Origin: Bacillota bacterium
GTDB taxonomy: Bacteria; Bacillota; Clostridia; Christensenellales; SZUA-584
Length of the DNA stretch: 64,000 nucleotides
NCBI GenBank assembly: GCA_023428025.1
Contig: JAEYZN010000031.1
Span: forward strand, 8,948-72,947
Direction: 5' to 3'
The notes beneath the pieces were generated by a model, which saw only the letters and a program-made list of their open reading frames with translations, was not told where the DNA came from and did no database searches. Positions 45,039-54,077 of this stretch are shown in pieces. The position numbers and the translations under genes were made by a program. Each line of letters opens with the position of its first letter. The first letter of the stretch is position 1.

Positions 45039-45584
45039 ATGGATTTCTTACTGGATTTTTTGGCGAAGCCAAGCATTTGGCTTTATCTGTTCGTATTTTT
45101 TGGCAAGATACTCGAGGTGGCGGTGGCCACCGTGCGTATTGTGCTGATTAACCGCGGCGAGCGCGTGAAGGGGTCCATCACCGGCTTTTTCGAAGTATCG
45201 TTGTGGCTGGTGGTGACGGGCACCGTGCTCGTCGGCTTTCAGGAGGACCTGCTGCGCTGCCTGATATTTGCGGTGGCGTTCGCCCTCGGCAACTATGTGG
45301 GGTCGTGGATTGAAAGCAAGCTGGCGTTTGGCCTGTGCTCGATACAGGTGATCGTGAACGAGGAAGGCGAAGCGGAATGTATGGCGAAGCTGCTTCGGGA
45401 AAAAGGCTTTGCGGTGACGCTGATGGAGGGCGAGGGCAAGTCCGGCAGGCGCGAGATACTGCTGCTGCACCTGAAGCGCAAGAGCATCCCGGCGGCGGTG
45501 GCGCTGATCAAGTCGCAGCTGTGCAACGCGGTGATTACCGTGAACGACATCAGGACGATCAACGGCGGGTATATCAAAAAATGA
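45039..45584 (+). CDS. UPF0316/DUF2179-family membrane protein
   Basis: 181 aa. Three N-terminal TM helices plus a C-terminal DUF2179-like domain (AKLLREKGFAVTLMEGEGKSG...ITVNDI). Confidence 0.65.
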   Translation: MDFLLDFLAKPSIWLYLFVFFGKILEVAVATVRIVLINRGERVKGSITGFFEVSLWLVVTGTVLVGFQEDLLRCLIFAVAFALGNYVGSWIESKLAFGLCSIQVIVNEEGEAECMAKLLREKGFAVTLMEGEGKSGRREILLLHLKRKSIPAAVALIKSQLCNAVITVNDIRTINGGYIKK

Positions 45585-46159
45585 GACGGTTTGTGTGCGT
45601 GTACGCGTCCAGCAGTAAATGGCTGGATGAAACATATGTGAACGCGGCAACGGCGTTGGGCCGGGCGCTGGCGGCGCGGGGCATCGGCCTCGTGTACGGC
45701 GCGGGCGCGGAAGGGCTGATGGGCGCGCTGGCGCGCGGCGCGGCGGGAGCCGGGGGTACGGTGGTCGGCGTGGTGCCTGAGAAGATGAATGTGGACGGCG
45801 TCATTTACGACGGGTGCACCGAGCTGTTTGTGACGCGCACCATGCGCGAGCGCAAGGCGCTGATGGAGGAGAAGGCGGACGCGTTTGTCGCGCTGCCCGG
45901 CGGCTTCGGCACGTTCGAGGAGCTGCTGGAGATCATCACCTTAAAGCAGCTGGGATATCATCGGAAACCCATCGCGATACTCAACACAAACGGGTATTAC
46001 GACGCCCTCATCGAGCAGTTTGACACGGCGGTGGCGCAGAAGTTCGCCTCTCCCGACGTGCTGACGCTGTTCGGCGTGTTCGGGGATATCGGCAAGGCGC
46101 TGGCTTATATTGAGAATGACCAGCCGACGGAGTATATTAAAAACAGGCTGTTCAAGTAA
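45581..46159 (+). CDS. LOG-family nucleotide 5'-monophosphate nucleosidase (TIGR00730-type)
   Basis: VCVYASSS, GLVYGAG..GLMG and the LPGGFGTFEELLE (PGGxGTxxE) motif. ATGA overlap with the upstream stop. Confidence 0.85.
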   Translation: MRRFVCVYASSSKWLDETYVNAATALGRALAARGIGLVYGAGAEGLMGALARGAAGAGGTVVGVVPEKMNVDGVIYDGCTELFVTRTMRERKALMEEKADAFVALPGGFGTFEELLEIITLKQLGYHRKPIAILNTNGYYDALIEQFDTAVAQKFASPDVLTLFGVFGDIGKALAYIENDQPTEYIKNRLFK

Positions 46160-46174
46160 ACACGGAGGATGAAC

Positions 46175-46444
46175 ATGAAAGCGATCGTAACAGTGACGGG
46201 ACGGGACAAGACGGGCATCATCGCGGGCGTGTCGGCGGCGCTGTCGGCATGCGGCGTGAACATACTGGACATTAGCCAGACGGTGCTGCAGGATTACTTT
46301 GCGATGATCATGCTGGTGGACCTCTCCGGCAGCAAGCTGTCGTTCGCGGACCTTTCCGACAAGCTGACCGAGACGGGCCGGGACATCTGCATGGATATCC
46401 GCATCATGCGCGAGGAGATATTCGATGCGATGCACCGTATCTAG
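46175..46444 (+). CDS. ACT-domain protein (UPF0237 type)
   Basis: MKAIVTVTGRDKTGIIAGVSAALSACGVNILDISQTVLQDYFAMIMLVD. ATG 46175 lies 6 nt after GGAGG. Confidence 0.8.
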   Translation: MKAIVTVTGRDKTGIIAGVSAALSACGVNILDISQTVLQDYFAMIMLVDLSGSKLSFADLSDKLTETGRDICMDIRIMREEIFDAMHRI

Positions 46445-46467
46445 ACTTCGCTCTGGCAATAATAAAA

Positions 46468-46490
46468 GCGGGAGGCCACCGGCCCCCCGC
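46468..46490 (-). terminator. candidate intrinsic terminator (minus strand) for the serpin operon
   Basis: The minus strand reads gcggggggcc-ggt-ggcctcccgc followed by ttttattatt. Confidence 0.45.
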
Positions 46491-46507
46491 AAACAGATGA
46501 TTTATTT

Positions 46508-46543
46508 GTGCCTTGGGCCAACCCGAGGCACATTTTTATTTTT
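46508..46543 (+). terminator. candidate intrinsic terminator (plus strand) for the ACT gene
   Basis: gtgccttggg-ccaa-cccgaggcac (one G-U pair) followed by atttttattttt. The U-tract overlaps the serpin-1 stop region. Confidence 0.5.
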
Positions 46544-47759
46544 GCGACGGGTCGTTCACCGCGCCCAAAAAGGCGATCGCGCCGTCTTCCAGGGAATAGA
46601 TGGCGAACAGGAACGGCCGGTCCGCGTAGAATGTGGCCGGCGGTTCCACCAGCGCGCTGGTCGCCTCCATCTCCACCACGGTGACGGCGGCGGCTTCCGC
46701 GCCCAGCTCGTCGACGCGGATATAGCACTTGTGCAGCACGGCGGAGATAAACAGCTGTTCCTGATCCGTCATGCCGGAGAAATCCGCCTCGCCGGGCGCG
46801 AACGCCTTCTGCATGCCCATGGCTTTGAGCGTATCGGCCAGCGGCGCAAAGAAGGAGAACTCGAACTTGGGCAGGCGGATGGATACCGGCTGCTCGGCCA
46901 TGCCAGCCAGCGCGTCGCTGAAAAGACCGCCGTTCATGGAGGCGAGCAGATCGGGGATGCCCGTGCCCTCCGCGGGAAGGATGAAGGCCATGGCATAATG
47001 CCCCTCGTCCGCCTGGCTCTTGAAGCGCAATGAGATCATGGAGAATTGGTCGTCCGAATAGTACGGCACCGACCAGTCGCTGTGCATGAACGGGACGGTG
47101 ACGCTGCCGCCCGGCGCGGCGAATTCGCGGTCCGAGGTGTCGTTCGCTTCGAAGGGCAACTCCCATTCGCCGAGGTAGTACAGCGCGTTAGCGAGTATCA
47201 GGCGCGTCAGCGGGTCCGGCTCTTCCGAAAGTATTTTATCGATCCGGCCATGGGTTTTGTTTTTGGCCCATGCGTTGACGGCGTCCATCGCACCGGGAAT
47301 GGCGAGCGGCCTGGCGTCCGCCATGTATTCTTCCGTAACGGTCTTGATGTAATCGTCTTTATATTCGTAGTCGTCCAGCAGCCACACGGCGTTGGCGGCC
47401 TCCATGCCGCCGGTGTTGGCGCGCCACATCAGTTGGCGGCACGCGTCGGTGATCTGCTCATCCGTCAGATCGTCAAGGCCCAGCGCGGCGGCCATCTCGG
47501 CGGCGGTATCGCCTTTGGCGCCCGCGCGCGCCATACACAGCGCCAGCTCGATGCTGACGGGCGACAGCGCGAGGTTGGCATCGGTCTTATACAGATGTGA
47601 CGCCGTTGAAAAACCGAAGCTGTTGACACCGGACACGAAACGGCTGTCCAGCGGCTCGATGGTTTGTTTCACCAGCTTGCCGTCGTAACCCGCGGCGGCG
47701 CTGGCGCAGGCGCTTAAAAGCAGAGCGGCGGACAATATGAGAAGCAGTATTTTCTTCAT
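46536..47759 (-). CDS. serpin-family lipoprotein, paralogue 1
   Basis: Lipobox LLLSAC/ASA. Serpin blocks NAVNAW...THG.I, NALYY.GEW..PF, hinge ELGAEAAAVT and FYADRPFLF. ATG 47759 is preceded by GGAGGT; the ORF-track start 47774 lies inside the SD. Confidence 0.9.
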   Translation of the reverse strand: MKKILLLILSAALLLSACASAAAGYDGKLVKQTIEPLDSRFVSGVNSFGFSTASHLYKTDANLALSPVSIELALCMARAGAKGDTAAEMAAALGLDDLTDEQITDACRQLMWRANTGGMEAANAVWLLDDYEYKDDYIKTVTEEYMADARPLAIPGAMDAVNAWAKNKTHGRIDKILSEEPDPLTRLILANALYYLGEWELPFEANDTSDREFAAPGGSVTVPFMHSDWSVPYYSDDQFSMISLRFKSQADEGHYAMAFILPAEGTGIPDLLASMNGGLFSDALAGMAEQPVSIRLPKFEFSFFAPLADTLKAMGMQKAFAPGEADFSGMTDQEQLFISAVLHKCYIRVDELGAEAAAVTVVEMEATSALVEPPATFYADRPFLFAIYSLEDGAIAFLGAVNDPSQK

Positions 47760-47779
47760 GGGGTATACCTCCATAGCAT

Positions 47780-49003
47780 TTAGTTTATTGACGGATTGTT
47801 GACCGCGCCCAAAAAGGCGATCGCGCCGTCCTCCAGGGAGTAGATGACGAACAGGAACGGACGGTCCGCAAAGAATTTGGCGGGTTCCTCCGTTGGGGCC
47901 CCGGCGGCGGGCGCCTCCACCACGGTGACGGCGGCGGCTTCCGCACCCAGCTCATCGATACGCACATAGCACTTGTGCAATACGCTGGATATGAACAGCT
48001 GCTCCTGATCCGTCATGCCGGAGAAGTCCGCTTCACCCAGCGTGAACGCCTTCTGCATGCCCATGGCTTTCAGCGTATCGGCCAGCGGCACGAAGAAGGA
48101 GAACTCGAACTTGGGCAGGCGAATCCACACCTCCTGCTCGGCCATGCCAGCCAGCGCGTCGCTGAAAAGGCCGCCGTTCATGGAGGCGAGCAGGTCGGGG
48201 AGACGGACGCCCTCGGCGGGGAGGATGAAGGCCATGGCGTAATGCCCCTCGTCCGCCTGGCTCTTGAAGCGCAGCGAGATCATGGAGAACTGATCGTCCG
48301 AATAGTAGGGTACGGACCAGTCGCTGTGCATGAAGGGGACGGTGACGCTGCCGTCCGGCGCGGCGAACTCGCGGTCCGCGGTGTTGTTGGCTTCGAAGGG
48401 CTTTTCCCACTCTCCGAGGTAATATAACGCATTGGTAAGTATCAGCCGCGTCAGAGGATCAGCCTCCTGCTGCATGATCTGATCGATCCGGCCGTGGGTT
48501 TTGTCTTTCGCCCATGCGTTGACGGCGTTCATCGCGCCGGGGATGGCAAGCGGCCTGGCGTCCGCCATATACTCTTCCGTGATCGTCCTGATGTAATCGT
48601 CGTTGTACTGATAGTCGTCCAGCAGCCAGACGGCGTTGGCGGCCTCCATGCCGCCGGTGTTGGCGCGCCACATCAGCTGGCGGCACGCGTCCGTGATCTG
48701 CTCATCCGACAAATCCACAAGACCCAGCGCGGCGGCCATCTCGGCGGCGGTATCGCCCTTGGCGCCCGCGCGCGCCATGCACAGCGCCAGCTCGATGCTG
48801 ACGGGCGACAGCGCGATATTTGTATCCGTTTTATATAGCTTTGACGCGGCGGCAAAGCCGAAGCTGTTGGCGCCGGAGACGAAACGGCTGTCCAGCGGCT
48901 CGATGGTCTGCTTCACCAGCTTGCCGTCGTAGCCCGCGGCGGCGCTGGCGCATGCGCCGAGCAGCAGAACCACAGACAGTGTAAGCAGCAGCAGTTTCTT
49001 CAA
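47780..49003 (-). CDS. serpin-family lipoprotein, paralogue 2
   Basis: Lipobox LLLGAC/ASA with the same scaffold blocks. Probable TTG start at 49003, 7 nt after GGAGGA. Confidence 0.9.
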   Translation of the reverse strand: MKKLLLLTLSVVLLLGACASAAAGYDGKLVKQTIEPLDSRFVSGANSFGFAAASKLYKTDTNIALSPVSIELALCMARAGAKGDTAAEMAAALGLVDLSDEQITDACRQLMWRANTGGMEAANAVWLLDDYQYNDDYIRTITEEYMADARPLAIPGAMNAVNAWAKDKTHGRIDQIMQQEADPLTRLILTNALYYLGEWEKPFEANNTADREFAAPDGSVTVPFMHSDWSVPYYSDDQFSMISLRFKSQADEGHYAMAFILPAEGVRLPDLLASMNGGLFSDALAGMAEQEVWIRLPKFEFSFFVPLADTLKAMGMQKAFTLGEADFSGMTDQEQLFISSVLHKCYVRIDELGAEAAAVTVVEAPAAGAPTEEPAKFFADRPFLFVIYSLEDGAIAFLGAVNNPSIN

Positions 49004-49022
49004 ATCAGTTTCCTCCAATCGT

Positions 49023-50306
49023 TCATTTGGCCGACGGGTTGTTGACAGCGCCCAGGAAGGCGATCGCGCCGTCCTCCAGAGAGTAGATGGCGAACAGGAA
49101 GGGGCGGTCCGCGTAGAATGTTGGCGGCTGCTCTATCAGTGCGCCTCTGAGTGTCATTTCGACCACCGTGGCTGCGGCGGCTTCCGCACCCAACTCATCG
49201 ATACGCACATAGCACTTGTGCAGCACGCTGGAAATGTATAATGACTCCTGGTCCGTCATGCCGGAGAAATCCGCCTCATCGGGGGTGAACGCTTTCTGCA
49301 TGCCCATGGCTTTGAGCGTGTCGGCCAGCGGCGCAAAGAAGGAAAACTCGAACTTGGGCAGGCGTATCCACACCTCCTGCTCGGACATGGAGGCCAGCGC
49401 ATCACGGAAACGGCTGCCGTTCATGGAGGCGAGCAGATCGGGGATGGCGGCGCCCTTCGCGGGGAGGATGAAGGCCATGGCGTAATGCCCCTCGTCCGCG
49501 TTGCTCTTGAAGCGCAATGAGATCATGGAGAACCGGCCGTCCGAGTAGTAGGGCACCGTCCAGCTGCTGTGCATGAAGGGAACGGTGACGCTGCCGCCCG
49601 GCGCGGCGAATTCGCGGTCCGCAGTGTTGTTGGCGTTGAACGGCAATTCCCATTCGCCAAGATAGTACAGCGCGTTGGTGAGTATCAGACGCGTCAGCGG
49701 ATCGGGCTCCTGCTGCATGATCTTGTCGATTCGGCCGTGGGTTTTGTCATTGGCCCATGCGTTGACGGCGTCCATCGCGCCGGGGATGGCAAACGGCATG
49801 AGGTCTGCCATATACTCTTCCGTAATTGTCCTGATGTAATCGTCGTTGTACTGGTAATCGTCCAGCAGCCAGGCGGCGTTGGCGGCCTCCATGCCGCCGG
49901 TGTTGGCGCGCCACATCAGCTGGCGGCACGCGTCCGCGATCTGCTCATCCGTCAGATGACCAAGGCCCAGCACGGCGGCCATCTCGGCGGCGGTATCGCC
50001 CTTGGCGCCCGCGCGCGCCATGCACAGCGCCAGCTCGATGCTGACGGGAGAGAGCGCGAGGTTGGCGTCGGCGGCATAGAGCTTGGACGCGGCGGCAAAA
50101 CCGAAGCTGTTGGCGCCGTTGACGAAGCTGCCGTCCAGCGGCGTTATGGGCTGGGGTTGGAGCCGGGTACGGTAGCTCACGGGCTGCATGGATGTCGCCG
50201 GTGAATGGGAAACGGCGGAAGCCGTGGGCCCGGAGGCCTCCGGCGAGGCGCAGCCGGTGAACAAGAGCAATGCGGCCAGCGCGAGCATAATACACTTTTT
50301 CAGCAC
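49023..50306 (-). CDS. serpin-family lipoprotein, paralogue 3 (extra Pro/Ser-rich N-terminal linker)
   Basis: Lipobox LLFTGC/ASP. Linker SPEASGPTASAVSHSPATSMQPVSYRTRLQPQPITPL, followed by the same scaffold. GTG start 50306, 9 nt after GGAGGAG. Confidence 0.9.
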   Translation of the reverse strand: MLKKCIMLALAALLLFTGCASPEASGPTASAVSHSPATSMQPVSYRTRLQPQPITPLDGSFVNGANSFGFAAASKLYAADANLALSPVSIELALCMARAGAKGDTAAEMAAVLGLGHLTDEQIADACRQLMWRANTGGMEAANAAWLLDDYQYNDDYIRTITEEYMADLMPFAIPGAMDAVNAWANDKTHGRIDKIMQQEPDPLTRLILTNALYYLGEWELPFNANNTADREFAAPGGSVTVPFMHSSWTVPYYSDGRFSMISLRFKSNADEGHYAMAFILPAKGAAIPDLLASMNGSRFRDALASMSEQEVWIRLPKFEFSFFAPLADTLKAMGMQKAFTPDEADFSGMTDQESLYISSVLHKCYVRIDELGAEAAAATVVEMTLRGALIEQPPTFYADRPFLFAIYSLEDGAIAFLGAVNNPSAK

Positions 50307-50667
50307 GAGGGATCACTCCTCCACTTAAGTAAACGCTGATTAATTCGAAAAACTGTCTTGGCGGCTATTTCCGCGCCCTGCTGTGTCGCTAATCTTGAAA
50401 TAGCGCTGCGATGAGTGCGATTTTGCTCCTTGCAGGACCCAAAACTATCTCGCCAATCCATCATTCCTCATTTATTCAGTGTTTACTTATGGTTAACAAA
50501 AATATGACGCATCGTTTAAGCCCAAGGTTCCAAATATGATGGAAAAACGGCAATTGATGGATTATAATCTTTACCAATGGAACAAATATATTGGCAAACG
50601 GGTCATATTGAGCAGCGTACGCGCATATAAATGCAGGTGAATTCTTTTTTGCGAGGTGTCGTATTTG

Positions 50668-51468
50668 ATGAATAAGGGCAAGAGCGGTATCGCGTTTGGG
50701 GGCGGCGGCACCAGGGGCATCGCGCATCTGGGCGTGGTCCGCGTGCTTCAGCAGAACGGCATTGATTTTGATTGCGTGACGGGAAACTCGGCCGGGGCCA
50801 TCGCCGGGGCGCTGTATGCCGCGGATATCCCGTGGGAGCAGCTTTACGACTTTGTTCTGAGCATACGCGACAGGAACGTGCTGCCCAAACGGCCGGCGCT
50901 GCTGACATACATGAGCCCCGAGATCATCGAACGGCTGGCCGATTGCTTTTTGAAGGATATGCGGTTTGAAGATTTGCACCGTCCGTTTTGCGCGGTGGCG
51001 GTGGACCTCACGCAGGGCACGCTGGAAACGTTGTGCAGCGGCAGCGTGTCCAAGGCGCTGTCGGCCAGCTGCGCGGTGCCGGGCGTATTCTCGCCGGTGC
51101 GCATCGGCGACAGGACGTATATAGACGGCGGCACGCTGCGCAGCATCCCCACGCAGGAGCTGCGGGACATGGGCGCGGAGAAGGTGGTGGGCATCAACCT
51201 CAACTCCGACCGCAGCCGCGGCACCAGCAGCATGCGGCGTATCGACGTGTTTCTGACGGCGTATAACCTCAGCATCAACATCAACAGCCAGATATGCGAA
51301 AAATGCGCGGACCTGATGCTGAAGCCGAAGCTGGACAGCTTCGCGCGCCACAGCTTGAAAAGCGTGGACGAACTGCTCAAAATCGGCGAGGAAACGGCGG
51401 CCGAACACCTGGACGACATCAAAAAGCTGCTGAATACGGATGAGGAAGAAACGGCGGCGGGCGCCTGA
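50668..51468 (+). CDS. patatin-like phospholipase
   Basis: GIAFGGGGTRG (oxyanion hole), GNSAG (GxSxG nucleophile) and YIDGG (catalytic Asp). ATG 50668 follows GAGGTG. Confidence 0.85.
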   Translation: MNKGKSGIAFGGGGTRGIAHLGVVRVLQQNGIDFDCVTGNSAGAIAGALYAADIPWEQLYDFVLSIRDRNVLPKRPALLTYMSPEIIERLADCFLKDMRFEDLHRPFCAVAVDLTQGTLETLCSGSVSKALSASCAVPGVFSPVRIGDRTYIDGGTLRSIPTQELRDMGAEKVVGINLNSDRSRGTSSMRRIDVFLTAYNLSININSQICEKCADLMLKPKLDSFARHSLKSVDELLKIGEETAAEHLDDIKKLLNTDEEETAAGA

Positions 51469-51572
51469 AAATTCCGGTTGTAGATTTTGTCACTGTGTAG
51501 TAAAATACTGTCGGGTATTATTGTAGCATGGCAGGGTCTTTTTTGTTGTCACAAAAAATGTAGTATGGAAGG

Positions 51573-53120
51573 ATGGTTCATATTATGACAGCCCAAATCA
51601 TTATTGCCGGCCTCTATGTATTGTTGCTTCTGGGTATCGCTGGTTACTCCTTTTTTTCCAAACGCAAAGCCAAAACAACGGATGATTTCTTTTTAGGCGG
51701 CCGCAAGATCGGCGCGTGGATGTCCGCGTTCGCTTACGGCACGACGTATTTTTCCGCGGTCATTTTCATGGGTTACGCGGGCAAGTACGGCTGGAACTTA
51801 GGGGTCTCCACAACGTGGATCGGCATTGCCAACGCGGTGGTGGGCACGTTTGTGGTGTGGCGGCTGATGGCGAGGCCCACCAGGCGCATCACGCACAGGC
51901 TGAATTCGGCCACGATGCCGGACTTCTTCCTGAAACGGTACAACTCGTCCAGCATGAAGATCACGGCGGCGCTGATCATTTTCGTGTTTCTGGTGCCATA
52001 TTGCGCGAGCGTCTATCAGGGCCTCGGATACTTCTTTGAGAGCGTGTTCGGGCTGCCCTATGAATATTGCATGATCGTGATGGCGGTGCTGACGGCGATC
52101 TATCTGCTGGCCGGCGGGTATATCGCGACGGCGCTGACCGACTTCATACAGGGCCTCATCATGATCGGCGGTGTGGTGCTGATGGTGGTGATGGTGGTGG
52201 CGCGCCCCGAGGTGGGCGGCTTGGCCGCAGGCCTTGCGAAGCTTGGCGAGCTGCCCGAGGTGGGGCCTGCGCTGGCATCGCCGTTTGGTTCGACGCAGAA
52301 CGCCATATTGCTGATATCGCTGATACTGCTGACCAGCCTTGGCACCTGGGGCATGCCGCAGATGGTGCATAAATTCTACGCGATCAAGGACGGCAAAGCC
52401 ATCAATCGCGGAACGGTCATTTCCACGCTGTTCGCGCTGATCATCGGCGGCGCGGCGTATTTCACCGGCGCGTTTGGCCGCCTGTTCCTGGCGGAAGCGC
52501 CCGAGAACCTGGACACGGTGATGCCGCAGGTGCTGAATGCGGCGCTGCCGCCCGCGATGCTGGGCCTGATCCTGGTGCTGCTGCTGGCGGCTTCGATGTC
52601 CACGCTGTCGTCGCTGGTGCTGGTGTCGTCGTCCTCCATCTCGATGGACCTGGTGAAGGGCGTCTGGAAGAAGGACATGAAGGACAAGAGCGTGATGGGC
52701 CTGATGCGCGTGCTGTGCGCGGTGTTTGTCATTATATCGCTTGTGATCGCGCTGCTGCAGCCCGCCGCCATCGTGACGCTGATGTCGTACTCGTGGGGCG
52801 CGCTGTCCGGCTGCTTCCTCGCGCCGTTCCTGTTGGGCGTGCGCTGGAAGGGCATGACCAAGGCGGGCGCCTGGGCGGGCATCCTGACCGGCCTTATCAT
52901 CGTGGTGCCGCTGATGGTGCTGAACTCGATCGGCGGCATACTGCCCGCGTGGCTGAGCCCGCCGGCCATCGGGTCCATCGCGATGATCGCCTCGCTGGTC
53001 GTGACGCCCGTGGCGAGCGTGATGACGAAGAAATTCGATGCGGCGCACATCGAGAAGGTGTTCGGTGAGGACACGGCTGCGGCGGCTTCTGCGGAGGCTG
53101 AACAGGCGGCGGAGGCGTAA
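51573..53120 (+). CDS. sodium:solute symporter (SSF) family transporter
   Basis: 515 aa with about 13 TM segments. DDFFLGGRKIGAWMSAFAYGTTYFSAV is the typical SSF N-terminal block. The alternative start is ATG 51585. Confidence 0.8.
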   Translation: MVHIMTAQIIIAGLYVLLLLGIAGYSFFSKRKAKTTDDFFLGGRKIGAWMSAFAYGTTYFSAVIFMGYAGKYGWNLGVSTTWIGIANAVVGTFVVWRLMARPTRRITHRLNSATMPDFFLKRYNSSSMKITAALIIFVFLVPYCASVYQGLGYFFESVFGLPYEYCMIVMAVLTAIYLLAGGYIATALTDFIQGLIMIGGVVLMVVMVVARPEVGGLAAGLAKLGELPEVGPALASPFGSTQNAILLISLILLTSLGTWGMPQMVHKFYAIKDGKAINRGTVISTLFALIIGGAAYFTGAFGRLFLAEAPENLDTVMPQVLNAALPPAMLGLILVLLLAASMSTLSSLVLVSSSSISMDLVKGVWKKDMKDKSVMGLMRVLCAVFVIISLVIALLQPAAIVTLMSYSWGALSGCFLAPFLLGVRWKGMTKAGAWAGILTGLIIVVPLMVLNSIGGILPAWLSPPAIGSIAMIASLVVTPVASVMTKKFDAAHIEKVFGEDTAAAASAEAEQAAEA

Positions 53121-53175
53121 AAAAGAGAAGAATCCGCAATGACCCAAGAGATGCTCTGATAGGGGTATGGGATAG

Positions 53176-53219
53176 GGAAGCGCTGTAAAGCCCGTCTTTT
53201 ACAGCGCTTCCTTGTTTTT
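53176..53219 (+). terminator. intrinsic terminator of the symporter gene
   Basis: A stem of about 15 bp, ggaagcgctgtaaag / ctttTacagcgcttcc (one bulge), with a 5-nt loop, followed by ttgttttt. Confidence 0.75.
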
Positions 53220-53238
53220 CAAAGACAAATTATACGAT

Positions 53239-53463
53239 TCACTTACGTCCATATGGGATGGGATTATTCGTTAGCCCAACCAAATAGTCCAGGCTTGTTT
53301 GATACAGCAGCGCTAATTTCATTAAGTGATTAACGGGAATTTGCCTCTTGCCTGTCTCGTAATTGCTGTAAACCCTTTGATCGATACCCAGCGCTTCACC
53401 TACCTGGGTCTGGGTCAATTCCCTATCTTCCCGGCAATCTTTCAATCTTAGATATATAAACAT
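53239..53463 (-). CDS. XRE-family HTH transcriptional regulator
   Basis: 74 aa. LKDCREDRELTQTQVGEALGIDQRVYSNYETGKRQIPVNHLMKLALLYQTSLDYLVG (HTH_3 pattern). Confidence 0.8.
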   Translation of the reverse strand: MFIYLRLKDCREDRELTQTQVGEALGIDQRVYSNYETGKRQIPVNHLMKLALLYQTSLDYLVGLTNNPIPYGRK

Positions 53464-53552
53464 TTTGTCACCTCAAAAGAATTATATTTACTATCAAAAA
53501 ATAGTGTTAAAATTACTACCAAATAATAGTAAAATAATGCGGGGGTGATTAA

Positions 53553-53761
53553 ATGAACATCAGAGAGGAAAGCGCGCGTCAGATCAAAACAATGCAGAAA
53601 TTTTAGGTTTTTCCGTAAAAAAAGAAAGTGGTCAATCAAAAAAAATGTCGGAGCTATCCGGAATAAGCGAAGCAGTTTTAAAGGGAATTGAGAGTGGGGA
53701 GGATTTTGGTATTTTATATCTTTATAAACTGTGCGGTATTTATGATATAGAACCACGTTAA
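53553..53761 (+). pseudogene. degenerate XRE-type HTH gene (nonsense codons plus frameshift in an A8 run)
   Basis: ATG 53553 after GGGGGTGA gives MNIREESARQIKTMQKF*, with stops at 53604 and 53616. After the A8 run (53638-53645) another frame reads MSELSGISEAVLKGIESGEDFGILYLYKLCGIYDIEPR*, which is the recognition-helix half of an HTH_3 domain. Confidence 0.4.
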
Positions 53762-53876
53762 ATATTTCTAAATAAAAAATGATGGTAGGGGCATGAAAAA
53801 GACTTGCCGATATCAGCCTTTTAATCAATAATAAGCATGAATAAGCATGCTAATCTCTTATTAGGAGATAAAACAT

Positions 53877-54077
53877 ATGATAAGCTATGAGCCTTTTTAT
53901 CAAACACTGTTTCGTAAAAACATAACGGAATATCAACTGATATTCAAATATGGGTTTTCGTCTAATATTTTGCACAGGATGAAGCATGGAAAAGCGATAA
54001 CGATGAAGACACTCGACACACTGTGCTTTATTCTGGATTGTGAAGTGCCCGATATCATTAAGCATATAAAAGAATAA
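53877..54077 (+). CDS. small Cro/CI-type HTH protein (YozG/HTH_26-like)
   Basis: 66 aa. MISYEPFYQTLFRKNITEYQLIFKYGFSSNILHRMKHGKAITMKTLDTLCFILDCEVPDIIKH, the typical short HTH_26 layout. Confidence 0.65.
   Translation: MISYEPFYQTLFRKNITEYQLIFKYGFSSNILHRMKHGKAITMKTLDTLCFILDCEVPDIIKHIKE

Larger units (their letters stand above)
46536..50306 (-). repeat. tandem triplication, period about 1,244 bp (three serpin genes)
   Basis: Stops at 46536, 47780 and 49023 give offsets of 1244 and 1243. Near-identical antisense shadow ORFs at 46771, 48015 and 49216 in the ORF track confirm nucleotide-level repetition. Confidence 0.9.

Noticed and set aside
46425-50316. Many repeated plus-strand and off-frame ORFs across the serpin region (for example 46771, 48015, 49216; 47392, 48636).
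   Set aside because: Their near-identical translations simply mirror the tandem triplication of the serpin genes. They are useful as evidence of the repeat, not as genes.
51798-53147. 449-aa minus-strand ORF opposite the sodium:solute symporter.
   Set aside because: It is antisense to a clear multi-TM transporter frame, and its translation is His/Arg/Gln-rich low complexity.
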